A DNA stretch of 36,569 bases. Source: Octopus bimaculoides. Its lineage: Eukaryota. A program made the position numbers and the translations under genes. Location: NCBI RefSeq assembly GCF_001194135.2, contig NC_068996.1, forward strand, positions 6,840,344 through 6,876,912. Reading direction: 5' to 3'. The notes beneath the pieces are model-generated. The model was not told the DNA's origin and did no database searches. It saw only the letters and a program-made list of their open reading frames with translations. Positions 11,747 to 23,462 of this stretch are shown here, in pieces; positions within the stretch are counted from its first letter, which is position 1; each line of letters starts with the position of its first letter.

Positions 11747-11760
11747 CATATATACATATA
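11580..11760. repeat. (ATAC)/(AC)/(AT) compound microsatellite
   Basis: Direct reading. Confidence 0.95.
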
Positions 11761-11899
11761 AGGGGTTTAGTTCACTTGTGAAATACACGAAGAGGTACGC
11801 TAAGTAAATGCTTTAGTTGGTCGACCGTTTGGTTCCAAGATCACAGCTGAGGCTGGATCAAGGGATCCATATCAGGGTTTCGTTATAGTAGGTATATAT

Positions 11900-12434
11900 T
11901 ATATTAGAGGAAAACTCAAAACCAAAGCAGAACGAGTATCTCAAGTCATTTAGAATAATTTAATTAGGGTAAGGTGAATTTGAAGTCTTACAGCAGTTTC
12001 TTGGACAACCCAAGCAGTAGGTTAGCATGTCCACACACTGGGCATTCTGACATCGGAGACAAGGTATGAATATTTTAGACAGAGCAAAAAGTTATAGTTT
12101 ACAAGGAATAAAATTCACTGTTTATAAGGAATAGAATAGAAGAATAAAGGAATAAATAGAAGAATAAAGAGTAAAAGTAGTTAGAAGAATTATAGGCAGG
12201 AAAATAATGTCCATAACTCATTTTTTCCCAGAGGATATGGATGATGGTCGGTACCTCCATGAAGATACAAGTCCTTAGTTAAAATCCTAGTTAAATCAAG
12301 GCGGAGTTTTGGCAGTATTTTGAATGATGAATTCATATTGTAAATGCATATATAAAGCGAGAAAGTAAGATAAACATAAATGAGTTTTGTGTGTGGGTGT
12401 TTATAGGAGAGAGAGGCGAAAGACTGAGAAGAGA

Positions 12435-12496
<62 letters not shown>

Positions 12497-12908
12497 AAAG
12501 GAATAAAAATAAGATACGGATAAAAGGCTAAAAATAAGTATTAAAAATAGGAGAGTATTGTAGTTCGCTTGAAGCATTGTGTAATGTTTGTAAAGAATAA
12601 AAAGTTTAGAATGGTACAACAATGCACTATAGAACAAAAAATGGACTATATACCTGTTGTAACTTGGTTATCTATAGTCCGATGATATTTCGGAATTACA
12701 GGGGGAGGGGTTAGATGAAGAGGGGAGTGGAGTTGAGTCTATGTGACGCAAAGGAGCAAAGAGAGAAGATTAATCCCTGTTCACGGCGCAAACGGGATTC
12801 CGGATGGCCCCTGTGCAAGGACAATCCAAACACGGACGGGTGTTGCTGCAAGGATTGACAGGCAGAGCGGAAATGGCGTGACACCGGGGTGTCATTGCAA
12901 ACGTATTA
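11900..12908 (-). mobile_element. 3' end of a Penelope-like element: GIY-YIG domain C-terminus, pyrimidine-rich 3' region, degenerate hammerhead-like motif
   Basis: Minus strand 12905-12710 reads YVCNDTPVSRHFRSACQSLQQHPSVFGLSLHRGHPESRLRREQGLIFSLCSFASHRLNSTPLFI*, the 'PVSRHF...S+.GL....R...EQ.LIF.L....GLN' tail of PLE endonucleases. Further 3' lies gtct-CCGATGT...GAAActgctgtaagac, homologous to 31375-31422. Confidence 0.7.
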
Positions 12909-14735
12909 NNNNNNNNNNNNNNNNNNNNNNNNNNNNNNNNNNNNNNNNNNNNNNNNNNNNNNNNNNNNNNNNNNNNNNNNNNNNNNNNNNNNNNNNNNNN
13001 NNNNNNNNNNNNNNNNNNNNNNNNNNNNNNNNNNNNNNNNNNNNNNNNNNNNNNNNNNNNNNNNNNNNNNNNNNNNNNNNNNNNNNNNNNNNNNNNNNNN
13101 NNNNNNNNNNNNNNNNNNNNNNNNNNNNNNNNNNNNNNNNNNNNNNNNNNNNNNNNNNNNNNNNNNNNNNNNNNNNNNNNNNNNNNNNNNNNNNNNNNNN
13201 NNNNNNNNNNNNNNNNNNNNNNNNNNNNNNNNNNNNNNNNNNNNNNNNNNNNNNNNNNNNNNNNNNNNNNNNNNNNNNNNNNNNNNNNNNNNNNNNNNNN
13301 NNNNNNNNNNNNNNNNNNNNNNNNNNNNNNNNNNNNNNNNNNNNNNNNNNNNNNNNNNNNNNNNNNNNNNNNNNNNNNNNNNNNNNNNNNNNNNNNNNNN
13401 NNNNNNNNNNNNNNNNNNNNNNNNNNNNNTCTCTCTCTCTCTCTCTTCTCAGTCTTTCGCCTCTCTCTCCTATAAACACCCACACACAAAACTCATCTAT
13501 GTTTATCTTACTTTCTCGCTCTATATATGCATTTACAATATACACACACACGGATATACGTATATATACGTCGATATATATATATATATATGCATGTTTT
13601 TTGCTAGATTCTGTCATTATATTGTGGTCATGATAGAGTACTGCCTTTAAAGATAGTAGTTGACATTATCGATAACAATACTGGATTCAGTATTTATTTC
13701 ATCAATTCTTAAGTCTATTGATGGAACATATCTTGTTGGTGCAAATATTACAATGCATTTTTGTTATAAGAACCAATGCACTGGTTATTACTCCACGTCT
13801 CTCCAGTTTTCTGTCTCCACTCATACATAAATACACATACAAGGCACACATAAACACACACAGAGATATCAAACATTTGCCGTGACTAAACACTCACACT
13901 ACGCAGTAGAGAGTCTTTTGAAATAGAAAATTATTTAAAGAAAAAAATACGCACAGTGGGGCTACAAAAATATAAAGTACAGAACATGGAAAAGTAATAC
14001 AAAAAGCTATCGAAAACACGAACAAAACAAAACAAAAATCTGTTTTCTGTCTTCATAAAGCCACGAAATATAAAGCAGAGCCTGAGGTAACAGACAGCCG
14101 TAAAGTGAATGCGGCGGTAGCGAGGGGGGGGGGGCAGGAACAGAAATTATTGAAAAAAAACACCCCCCACAAAAAGCAAAAAACAAACGAAGACAACAAC
14201 AAAAACTGAATACAAACTGAAATACAGGATTACAAAATGTCATGTTAAAACATTGGCAAGAAAATTCTTTACATGGCCAATATCTTCAAAAACTGAGCAA
14301 AACGACTATAGAAACATTCTTTCAAAAACATACTCTACCAAAAACATAGGAATACAAAAAGTAGCCGCAGAATATTTGGGTGTTTTGAAGAAACAGTCAA
14401 TTTCAATTTAGCCTTAGGAGAATGTATATTTGTTTAACCACGTGACTTCCATGGAATTACATCCGTTTCGCAATCTTCTTCGAGTAGTATTAATTTTATA
14501 GTTTGTAAGAAATTTTGTGAACATGTTTTCTATAGTATGTATGTTCAGCATTATCATAAATTAATGCAAATAAAGTTTGTTCATTAGATCACAGGAACAC
14601 ACATACACACACACACACACAAATTTGGTGGCATAAAAAATGTTAAATACATACGAGTATATGTTTCTGTTGTAGATTTATATAGGTGATTCACGGTCCG
14701 AGAGGTTCGAATCTGCACTAATCAAACTGCGATAC

Positions 14736-14993
14736 TCTTTTTTCTCTTTTTACTTGTTTCAGTCATTTGACTGCGGCCATGCTGGAGCACCGCCTTTAGT
14801 CGAGCAAATCGACCCCAGGACTTATTCTTTGGAAGCCTAGTACTTATTCTATCGGTCTCTTTTGCCGAACCGCTAAGTTACGGGGACGTAAACACACCAG
14901 CATTGGTTGTCAAGTGATGTTGGGGTGGGGGGACCAAACACAGGCACACAAACATACACACGCGCGCGCGCACAGACAGACAGACAGACACAG

Positions 14994-15024
<31 letters not shown>

Positions 15025-15190
15025 TATATACGACAGGCTTCTTCTAGTTTTCGTCTACCAAATCCACTCACAAGGCTTTGGTCGGCCCGAGGCTATAGTA
15101 GAAGACACTTGCCCAAGATGTCACGCAGTGGGACTGAACCCGGAACTATGTGGTTCGTAAGCAAGCTACTTACCACACAGCCACTCCTAT
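14736..15190 (-). mobile_element. tRNA-derived SINE, best-preserved copy, with internal TG/TA microsatellite
   Basis: Minus-strand head aggagtggctgtgtggtaagtagcttgct (A-box-like) ... ccgggttcagtcccactgcg (B-box-like); tail ...actgaaacaagtaaaaagag. Homologous to three other in-window copies or fragments. Confidence 0.9.
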
Positions 15191-16600
15191 AAGAGGTCGC
15201 CGAACAAGTTTGGCATTTAAACGTAAAGCTCATAGAGCAGACCACCCAAACAAGCGATATACCCCTCGTGCAGCTAGCCATTGCTTCCGTATTTCAAAGG
15301 CTGTTATCGACTTTCGCAGCACTCCATCACCGAGAACCGCGGCAGCCCGTCGAGAGAGGACGTAAAATCCATCCTGCGACCCGGCTCGTCGCTACTCCTG
15401 AACAGTTGAGCGAAGCGCCGCTGAAAAGCAGCGCACATCTGTTTCGGATCGATTATCATTTGCTCATCGTCGTCCGGCAAGGAACGGATCGTGGATTTAT
15501 TTCCACGCCGTGTCTCTACCACTCGGGCCCATTGGAAACTTTCGTTCCTTCTTGTCTAAGAGCATGTGCCTTAGCTCTGACAACACAACCATCGTGTTTT
15601 GCGTTGAAGAATTGGTCGAATGTCAATCTCGCTGCGAGCACGTCGGTCGCGATGCCTTTTCTAAAAGCTTCATCTAACTTCCTGACTAGCTTTGCCTCTA
15701 TTCTGTTTCTTTCTACTACTAGTCCTTTGCTAAACCTTATCGATTCTATTATTCTAATCATCCTTTTCAGGATGTACTGCCATTATTGTCGATGATTGCT
15801 CCCGTCAACGTCCGCTTAACTAATTCATTAATCCGGTCCCTGAAATCTTTGCGCACCAGGAACGATGCGTTCAAATTCTAGTAACCGGGCCCCTGTCTAT
15901 GAAGCCTATCTAAGTCGACTGTACAGATCACAAATTATAGGTCTGTGTAGTCGACTACTTTAAACTGTGGACAACCTATGCTATCCTTAACTTCTCTACA
16001 GAATACCCTCTCTAGATACGATCTGGATGACTTGATGCAGTTTCACCAGGTCTACACTGGCACATAAGGGAAATCCAGTGGATACCTGTCAGATAGCTGG
16101 AATTATCTGAGCAGGTTTGCACGGCTTTTTCACCCTCCCTGTCCTTGTTGGATAAATCCACACAGTCCCACCGTACATCTAAAACGCGATTCCAATCACC
16201 CACTGGCACTAAAGAGCGAGACGTTCCCAGGAAAGTTTCCAGACTCCTGAAGAAATCTGGTCGTCCTGTCCTTGTCGGGGCATAGACGGCAACTAGTCTG
16301 AAAGTATGTCCTTCGTTGCCGGTCACTACCGACTTACCTTCCGGATCCAGGAAGATCATCCATATTGCAAGATCCAGATTTTTTCCGAACCATCACGGCG
16401 TCTCCACCTCCCGCTCCCGGACGACTTAGAGATGCGTACACCTCATAGTCACGGAAAATGGGTTGAAAATCCCGCGAGTCGGAAATTCTAATGGCCACCA
16501 CATCGACATTCAATGCCTTGATGTCGTTGAGCAGGTGACCCCGCTTCCAAGGCGACCCCAAGCCACGTGTATTCACGCTGCCTATTCTGTGCACGACCAC
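15191..16600 (-). pseudogene. LINE ORF2 (APE endonuclease, linker and start of RT), frameshifted
   Basis: RIGSVNTRGL (APE start); FRLVAVYAPT..FF..L..GDWN.VLD; linker HDGCVVRAKAHALRQEGTKV..VE.RRGNKSTIRSL.D..DPKQMCAAFQRRFAQLF; then ITAFEIREAMASCTRG / GLLYELY..MPNLFGDLL (degenerate 'SPG.DG+P.E.Y' RT prelude). Confidence 0.85.
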
Positions 16601-16604
16601 ATTG

Positions 16605-18470
16605 TCAGAAAAAGAAAAGGAAAGAAAACGAAAACTTGGTCTTGTTTGGAAGGACAGTTCGTCTGTTTCTCATATTGAATTGGGATGTTTCCACCAGCAA
16701 ATCACCAAGTATTCTCTTGGTGATATTCCATCGAAAATCTCCGATTTCCTTTGGGAATTGGGTTTTTAGGTGTGTGTATGTTTTGTGTTGTTTGAACGAT
16801 TTTTGTGTAGGTAGGGAGATTGTGAGTGTGACAAAATCTGTTTGTGTTATGTTGGTGTGTGTTTTATGTAATTCATCAAATTTTAATTTTTTTGAGCTTA
16901 TTGCCATGTAGTTTGTAACACTAGTCTCTTTACTTTGTGTTTGTTGCTGCTGTTGTTGTTGATGTTGTGGTGGTGGTGGTTGTTCTTGCTGTGGTTGTGT
17001 GTGAGATGGGCTGTGTTGTGGTGTTGTTGGTTGAGGTAGTGTTTCAAGTGTTTGTGGTAGTGGTGGCGATGTAGTGTCTGTTTTGGGTGTATTCATCTTT
17101 GTTGCTTTTATTTTTTTCTTCTCCACTGCTTATGTGGATGAAGATTGTTGTTTGTCCATAGATTTGTTTTTCTTCTTGTCTTTCCTTCTTTTTGATTTTA
17201 TTTTCCACTCCTCGTCCCGATCAGACTCTGCACATTTGATGTCCGCTTGCTCGGCATCGGGAAGTGGAACATCTTCCGGCGCTGAGAAGTGTCTGAGAGA
17301 ACTCGTTGTCGGTATGGTTGGTATTGGTGCTGCCATGGTTGATTCTGCTGATGGTAATAGTACTGCTGCTGTTGTCGTTCGAGTTCTGGTGGCTGTTGTT
17401 GGTGTTAGGAGGAGAGGTGCTCGGCTTCTTTTTCCTGCAATCTAGGGCAGAAGGCTTTTGGATCAGTGGTCGAAAGGCAAATATGGCACTTTGCCTTCCT
17501 TCCATCCACTCTGACTGGAATGATGCCGTCTCCACGAAGATAGATCTGGTTTGGGATGCGATCCACATTCTTTTGGGTTTGGATGAGGACTTCTATCGTC
17601 ATCCCGGACAAATTCTCCTTTTTGGTCTGATAGACTTCGTGGATTTTCGAGTTTTCGTCGATGCCTATTGCAACTGCAGCAATTAGACAATAAACGGCTA
17701 TTTCTGGTGGCACCTGTTGTATGATTACCTTGGTAAGTCTCTGGCCGCAGTAGAAGGCAACCAACAACAGCTCTTCACATTTGAGAGATTTAAGAGAGTG
17801 AGATTTAGCTTTCTCCTCTGTGCGGAATCTCACCTCAACCATCCTTCCTCTCTGTACGTACTCACTTTAGGTTCCAGACAGAATCTAAAGCTCTTTGTAT
17901 TTGAGCATATGTGGCTCTGTCCACCCTCCGTGTCTTGAATCCAATTGTACGGTACCTCACTGTTAGACGTATCGTACTTTGAATAGTTTCGATGGAGGTA
18001 TTTAGTATGACAGCTAGCGCATCTCACTCGATTAGCTGTCTGGCATTTCTAACTTCTTCTACAGAGAATTTTATTCTCTGAAGAGAGGACTTAGTAACAT
18101 TTGTGAAGGAAAGTTTAGTGCTATTCCAAGCCGTTGCATCGGTTTGTTGCTCAGTTGCTTTGTCGGTTTTATCGTTGTTGTTGTTGTTGCTGCTACTGTT
18201 GTTGTTACCACTGCTATTGCTGTTGTAGTTGTTGTTGTTGTTGCTGATGCTGTTGTTGTTACCGATGTTGTTGTTATATTTGCTGTTGTGTCGACACAGT
18301 TCGTCGCCTCGTACACGAATGGGCCTTTACTGTTTATATTTTCGAAAGTGTTGTTTCTAATTTGAACAATGTTGTCGAAACTGGAGCCGTTGTTTTTCCA
18401 AAGATCCTTTAAGAGATCTTTCTGGAAAAAAATTGGCCCTGCTGTCATTTTTGTACATTTTATCGACAAA
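16605..18470 (-). pseudogene. LINE ORF1 (RRM-like region plus degenerate CCHC knuckle), with T- and Q/P-rich trinucleotide tracts
   Basis: MVEVRFRTEEKAK...TKVIIQQVPPEI...IPNQIYLRGDGIIPVRVDGRKAKCHICLSTTDPKAFCP (C-x2-C-x4-[H>D]-x4-C), typical of L1/Tx1 ORF1. Split over ORFs 18071-18469, 17405-17842, 17130-17336 and 16605-17126. Confidence 0.75.
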
Positions 18471-18849
18471 TAACAGACATGTCGTCTGTTTTTGGAGATG
18501 GCGCGCCAAAGCTTGCCGCACTCGCTCTCTCTCTCTCTTATTGACGTTTAATGACGCTCCTCACTCTCTCCCCCACCCACACACGTGAGCGTCATCGTAT
18601 TCTGTTGTGTTTTCTCCATGTTGACGAGGAAAGCACAAACAAACTTTTGACTAAAAAATTAATTCACTTGACCTGTCTCCTAAAACTGGAGGACAAAACA
18701 GGAAAAGAAACTCACCAGTCGACAGCAATTAACTTGTTGATCACGATGGTGCAAACTTCAAGGGTGTGCAAATGCACGTATTATGTGTTTTTCCTTAAAA
18801 ATCCACAGAGTGAGATCAAGCGTAGCTTGCCAAGTTGACGGCCATGATG

Positions 18850-19100
<251 letters not shown>

Positions 19101-19796
19101 ACCTTCTGAAAATGTGACACGCTAAAAAACCTACTGAAAATGTGACATCCCCCAAACGTTTAAGGAACAAGATGGAGGACAGAGATTAAACAACTGGAAA
19201 ATGAAAACAATACATAAGCAACATCTCAAGGAAATCAAAGGGAAAGACAAGATCAACATTTAACTCTGGGTACTTAGCCGGTGATACACGTGTCATAGAA
19301 GGGTATGTCAGTTTCATCCGTTAATGCATAATTGTCTCATTACTGAGATGCTATCATTTGAAGTAACAACATCCTATATATAGATATGTGTGTGTGTGTG
19401 ATATATATATATATATAGACACACACAGAGGATTAACTATAAGTCGCCTGACAGTAAATTAAAACCCATTTCATTCCAAGATTAAAACGAAAAATTATTT
19501 TGCATGAGATTTCACTAATAAAGAGAGAAATGTTAGGGAAAAAAAGGTGATTTTAACTCACACAATTCAATTATTAAACATTCATAATTGGAATGAATAA
19601 ATAAAATTGAATATTATTTATGGAATTTTGATTTACTGTCGGGTGACTTTTGGCGAACCCTGAATATATATGTCTATGTATTATGTGTGTATATATATGT
19701 ATATACACACATATATACATACCTATATGCATATATAGATAGTATATANNNNNNNNNNGGGAGAGAGAGATAGAGAAAGAGAGAGAGAGAATAAAT

Positions 19797-19825
19797 AATA
19801 ATTTGGACAAATACGTATAATTCGA

Positions 19826-19866
<41 letters not shown>

Positions 19867-19983
19867 CTGTCTTCGTGTGCGTGATTATCTGGGTCTATGA
19901 ACGTATCTATATGCATCTTTATATATGCTCTTCCTCAATATTCAAACACACTAATCTAATTATACGTATTTGTCCAAATTATT
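19797..19983. repeat. 38-bp inverted repeat (1 mismatch) around a GT-containing spacer
   Basis: 19797-19834 aataatttggacaaatacgtataattcgattagtgtgt versus the reverse complement of 19946-19983. Confidence 0.9.
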
Positions 19984-20326
19984 TATTATTATAAAACTAT
20001 CATCCGTATTGCTGACGACGGTGCTGAGAAGAGGGGAAAAGATATACTTGTACTAGACAGAAAGGAGTATATATTATCACTTCTTTAGAAGACCAGCCAA
20101 TTCATTCGCAGAATGCGATGGAAAGCCTCCTTCTTCGTCAAAAAAGATGATCAACAGAATGAATCGGTACCACATAAAACACTTTAATATGAATATTACA
20201 CTTATAAACCTCAAAATGCACTCCATAACCCCAATATTCCGAGTTCGATTCCAGCCAGGGATGGAATAGTGTTGATCTTAATTATGATTGGTTCAGACGA
20301 CGACGACGACGACGATGACGACCACA

Positions 20327-20911
20327 GTGGCACTAATATGCAGCGTCCAAGAACAAGCCCTGAGAACTAATTACACCAGGTTCCAAATAGATAAGAGCCC
20401 CTCTGTAGGATGAATGGCAGTAAAAATAAAATAATTTCACATATTGTGAGTGATACAATCCAATGTGATGCTCGGAGAATAGACATTGTTGTAATGAATA
20501 AAAGAAACAAGGAAACCAAGACTATAGATATTGCCGTACCTGGAGAGGTGACAAAGAGCTGGAAAAGACGGAAAAATACAGACTACTAAAAATGCAGACT
20601 AGGAACTGCAAGAATGTGGGCAATGAAGAAAGTAGCTGTCATCCCAATAGCTGTCAGGGTATCGGGAGCACTAACAACCAAGTTTGAGAAATATGTCGGA
20701 GAAATTGGAATTGACAGGAGGGAAGAACATGCTCAAAAAACTGCTCTATTAGGCACAGCAAGGATTCTGAGATTGATACTTGGGTGTTAAGTATCTGGAA
20801 AGAGACACTGTGAGACCCTTGACAACAAGTTGCAGTCCGCTCTTGCAGAATTGATCGGAGAAAGTAAAATCGAGAGACCTGAGAAGTAAAATACAAAATA
20901 ATAATAATAAT
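20327..20911 (+). mobile_element. 3' end of an R4/Dong-like LINE with (AAT)n tail and an internal deletion
   Basis: VALICSVQEQALRTNYTRFQIDKSP/LCRM..ISHIVS|DTIQCDARRIDIVVMNKRNKETKTIDIAVPG..KELEKTEKY..RMWAMKKVAVIP..GAL..KTALLGTARILRLILGC*, then a short UTR and aataataataataa. The segment between the zinc knuckle and 'IQCD' is missing. Confidence 0.85.
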
Positions 20912-20974
20912 GACTGTTTTCAAATATTGGCAGTAAGCCAGGATGGCGTTAGATGGGCGTTAGGCAATTCCATC

Positions 20975-21075
20975 GACACCAGCGTTTGACTGGTACTTTA
21001 TTTTATCCATTGCAGAGGAATGCAAGGTAATGTTCACATCTGCGTGCCTTGAACTTGGAACGTAGAGAGCCTGAA
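20975..21075 (-). mobile_element. Degenerate fragment of a second SINE family
   Basis: gactggtactttattttatc...ggaatgcaaggtaa...gaacttggaacgt, similar to 21432-21505 (gtcgattatatcg...ggtatttattttatcgcccc..aagga). Family identity is recalled, not verified. Confidence 0.45.
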
Positions 21076-21119
21076 CAGAGAGAGCCTGTAACATAGACGC
21101 TACACCTACCCACCACCAC

Positions 21120-21230
21120 CACCACCCACCCAATACCACCACCCACCCAATACCACCACCCACCCAATACCACCACCCACCCAATACCACCACCCACCCA
21201 CCCAATACGATCACCCACACAATACCACCA
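21120..21230. repeat. 17-bp minisatellite (CCACCACCCACCCAATA)n, about 5-6 units
   Basis: Direct reading of tandem units. Confidence 0.9.
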
Positions 21231-21431
21231 CCACCACCACCACGGTACGAACTTCAAGGGTGCAAATGCAACAGCAGTAACAACAACAACAACTACGATG
21301 ACGACGGCGACAACAACAACAACAGCTACAGCTACAGCAACAACAAGAATATTTAACAAGAACACAACCATGTCTCTTTAGAACAATAAAATCTGATTGA
21401 GAAACATAGTCACATTTTGTGGGTGGTGCAG

Positions 21432-21505
21432 AGTCGATTATATCGCATCCAGGTACCTCACGGGTATTTATTTTATCGCCCCATGAAGGACAGAAAGTAA
21501 AGAAG
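21432..21505 (-). mobile_element. Degenerate fragment of the second SINE family
   Basis: Similar to 20975-21075 (ggta.tt.attttatc core). Confidence 0.4.
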
Positions 21506-22499
21506 AGTGAAGAATATAAATATTTATATGAATTGTAAGATGGCGTGGCGAAACCGAATGAAAACAAAAATAAATTGGCGAGGAATCGAAGAGAAGATTT
21601 AGGAATATCTTAGAAGCAAACTTAAGTAAGAGGAACACTCTATTAAAGAAATCAATACCTGGGTATTATCAATATTTTTATAATCTGCAGACTTCCTTCG
21701 GTGGACAAAAATATTGATTAGGATGAAATGGATAGATGCACCAGAATGTTATTAAATATGTGCAAGATAATACAACGTGTTTGGTAGACTGTAAAAACCA
21801 AAGAAAGAGAGAGGGAAAAAAAGAGGAGCGAAAAAGAAGGGAAAAGAGGGGTGAAGGAGAGGGAAAAGTGGGACTGAGAAAGAGAGAGGGAGAGAAAAGG
21901 AGAGAGAAAGGTACCGAGAGAGAGAGAGGAACGAGAGAGCAGGGCAAGGGAGAGAAAGAGAGAGAGAGAGGGGGGAGTAGTGAGAGAATGCTTACATTTA
22001 GTAGACATGGCAATTATAGAATTATAAGACTGGAAGTATGTTAAGAAAATAGAAGAGAATCGTATACGTATAGTTATTAATACAATCACTTGGTCACTGG
22101 GTGCCTTCAGGCACGCAAGCTTTCAAACTTTCGGACCCCGTCTGAAAATTCTCTGGTATGAGAATAATTTCTTCTCTCCTTTCCTTCCTCCTCTTCTTTC
22201 CTTTAGATTCAACAGCCTTGAAGAGAAACTTGGTCGTTGCATTGGCCATGTCTGACTAAGCGACAAACGTAAGTGAAAATATCATGGATTAGGAAACAAA
22301 ATATTACAAACAACAAAGAAATAAAGCGAAAGGAAAACTTGGGAGAAGAGGAATCACACATAATTTGTGATTCAAAGACAGGTTTAACTGAAAGAAAAGG
22401 TGTAGGAAGGAAGAAACCCTGTTACAATAATACGAAAAAGGGAAGAAAGAGAAAGAATTCTTTAGTACAAATGTAAAAGAACATGTTAATGAATTATCA

Positions 22500-23378
22500 A
22501 GCGAATAAGAGTTTTTTCCATTTCAATGACAGTCTTAAGACAACCTCGATGCGTCATCATTCTAAGGACTGGCACCTCATAGATTACATTTGGTGTGTCA
22601 AAGAGACGTCTGGGATGTCTTGCAGAACTGATTAATTCCCAGAGTGGCAAAGCTGTATTGTCCGCCAGCAAACTCAGCCTTTATTCCAAATCCAAGACAA
22701 AGAAAGGAGGCATTCCATGGAAGACATTTCAAGTTGGGAAGCTGCAGTTTGATAAAGATTTAAAGGCAAATTTTCAGCCAAGGCTTGTGAACTCTAAGTT
22801 CCTTACAGATTTCTCTTTCAGAAATGCTTTGGAAACATTTAAAATCACTGTACTGCAGACCTCTGAAGAAGATCTAGAATTTTCTCAAGAGACGAGCAAA
22901 GACTGGTTCAACGAAAACAGCCTGGAGATTCAGGAGTTAATAGCTGGTATGAGATTCACCCAACAGAAATAGCTTGCTCAATTTTCTTGTATTACGGAAG
23001 CAGCATTCTGTCTTGCGTGCAGTGAGCTTCAGTGTAGATTTTGTGGTTTTCAAAGCGTGTGACGGACCAACCTTACAAAGAGAATATAGTTTTGTGAAGA
23101 CACTGGTGATTGCAAAGAGTTTCATGAGACTCTGGATATGGTATATGGCCCTTCCAACCAAGTTCAGAGTCCCTTATGCACTGCAGATAGATACATAAGG
23201 TGTCCATCCCACATCAGTGGTCAAAGCATTTCCTGACTCTTCAGTAATATATGTATGATGCATGAGCTCAACAGTTCATCGTATCCTACTAAAACTGGAT
23301 GAAATTCCAAGTACAGAAGGGAGTACCATGCTTCAAACCATCTGAAAAGGATAAAGGCAGTAGGAGTTGGAATGCCTG
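22500..23378 (+). mobile_element. RTE-clade (BovB-like) LINE internal fragment: end of APE domain plus linker
   Basis: FHFNDSLKTTSMRHHSKDWHLIDYI; SKLSLYSKSKTKKGGIPWKTFQVGKL..KDWFNENSLEIQELI; AAFCLACSELQ..CEDTGDCKEFHETLDMVYGPSNQVQSPL; LKLDEIPS..HLKRIKAVGVG. All match RTE ORF motifs (family knowledge). Confidence 0.85.
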
Positions 23379-23411
23379 TGGGCATATGGCGTAGTGACCT
23401 GAATAATGATG

Positions 23412-23462
<51 letters not shown>

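Larger units (their letters stand above)
15191..18540 (-). mobile_element. Tx1/L1-clade LINE: 5' end, ORF1 and ORF2 endonuclease/linker retained; RT and 3' end missing
   Basis: See the ORF1 and ORF2 entries. The 5' end is placed near the (GA)n at 18525-18540. Confidence 0.85.

Noticed and set aside
13650-13830. Protein-looking read ILKSIDGTYLVGANITMHFCYKNQCTGYYSTSLQF (+)
   Set aside because: Short, no recognised family and no convincing splice pair; cannot be supported without RNA data.
14690-14725. B-box-like GGTTCGAATC suggesting a tRNA gene
   Set aside because: No cloverleaf or acceptor stem can be folded; at most a SINE scrap.
19104-19148. 14-bp direct repeat ctgaaaatgtgaca as a TSD
   Set aside because: Only ~15 bp lie between the copies; a small tandem duplication, not an insertion.
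21120-21230. Short regularly spaced repeats as a CRISPR-like array
   Set aside because: Units are contiguous with no unique spacers; a eukaryotic minisatellite.
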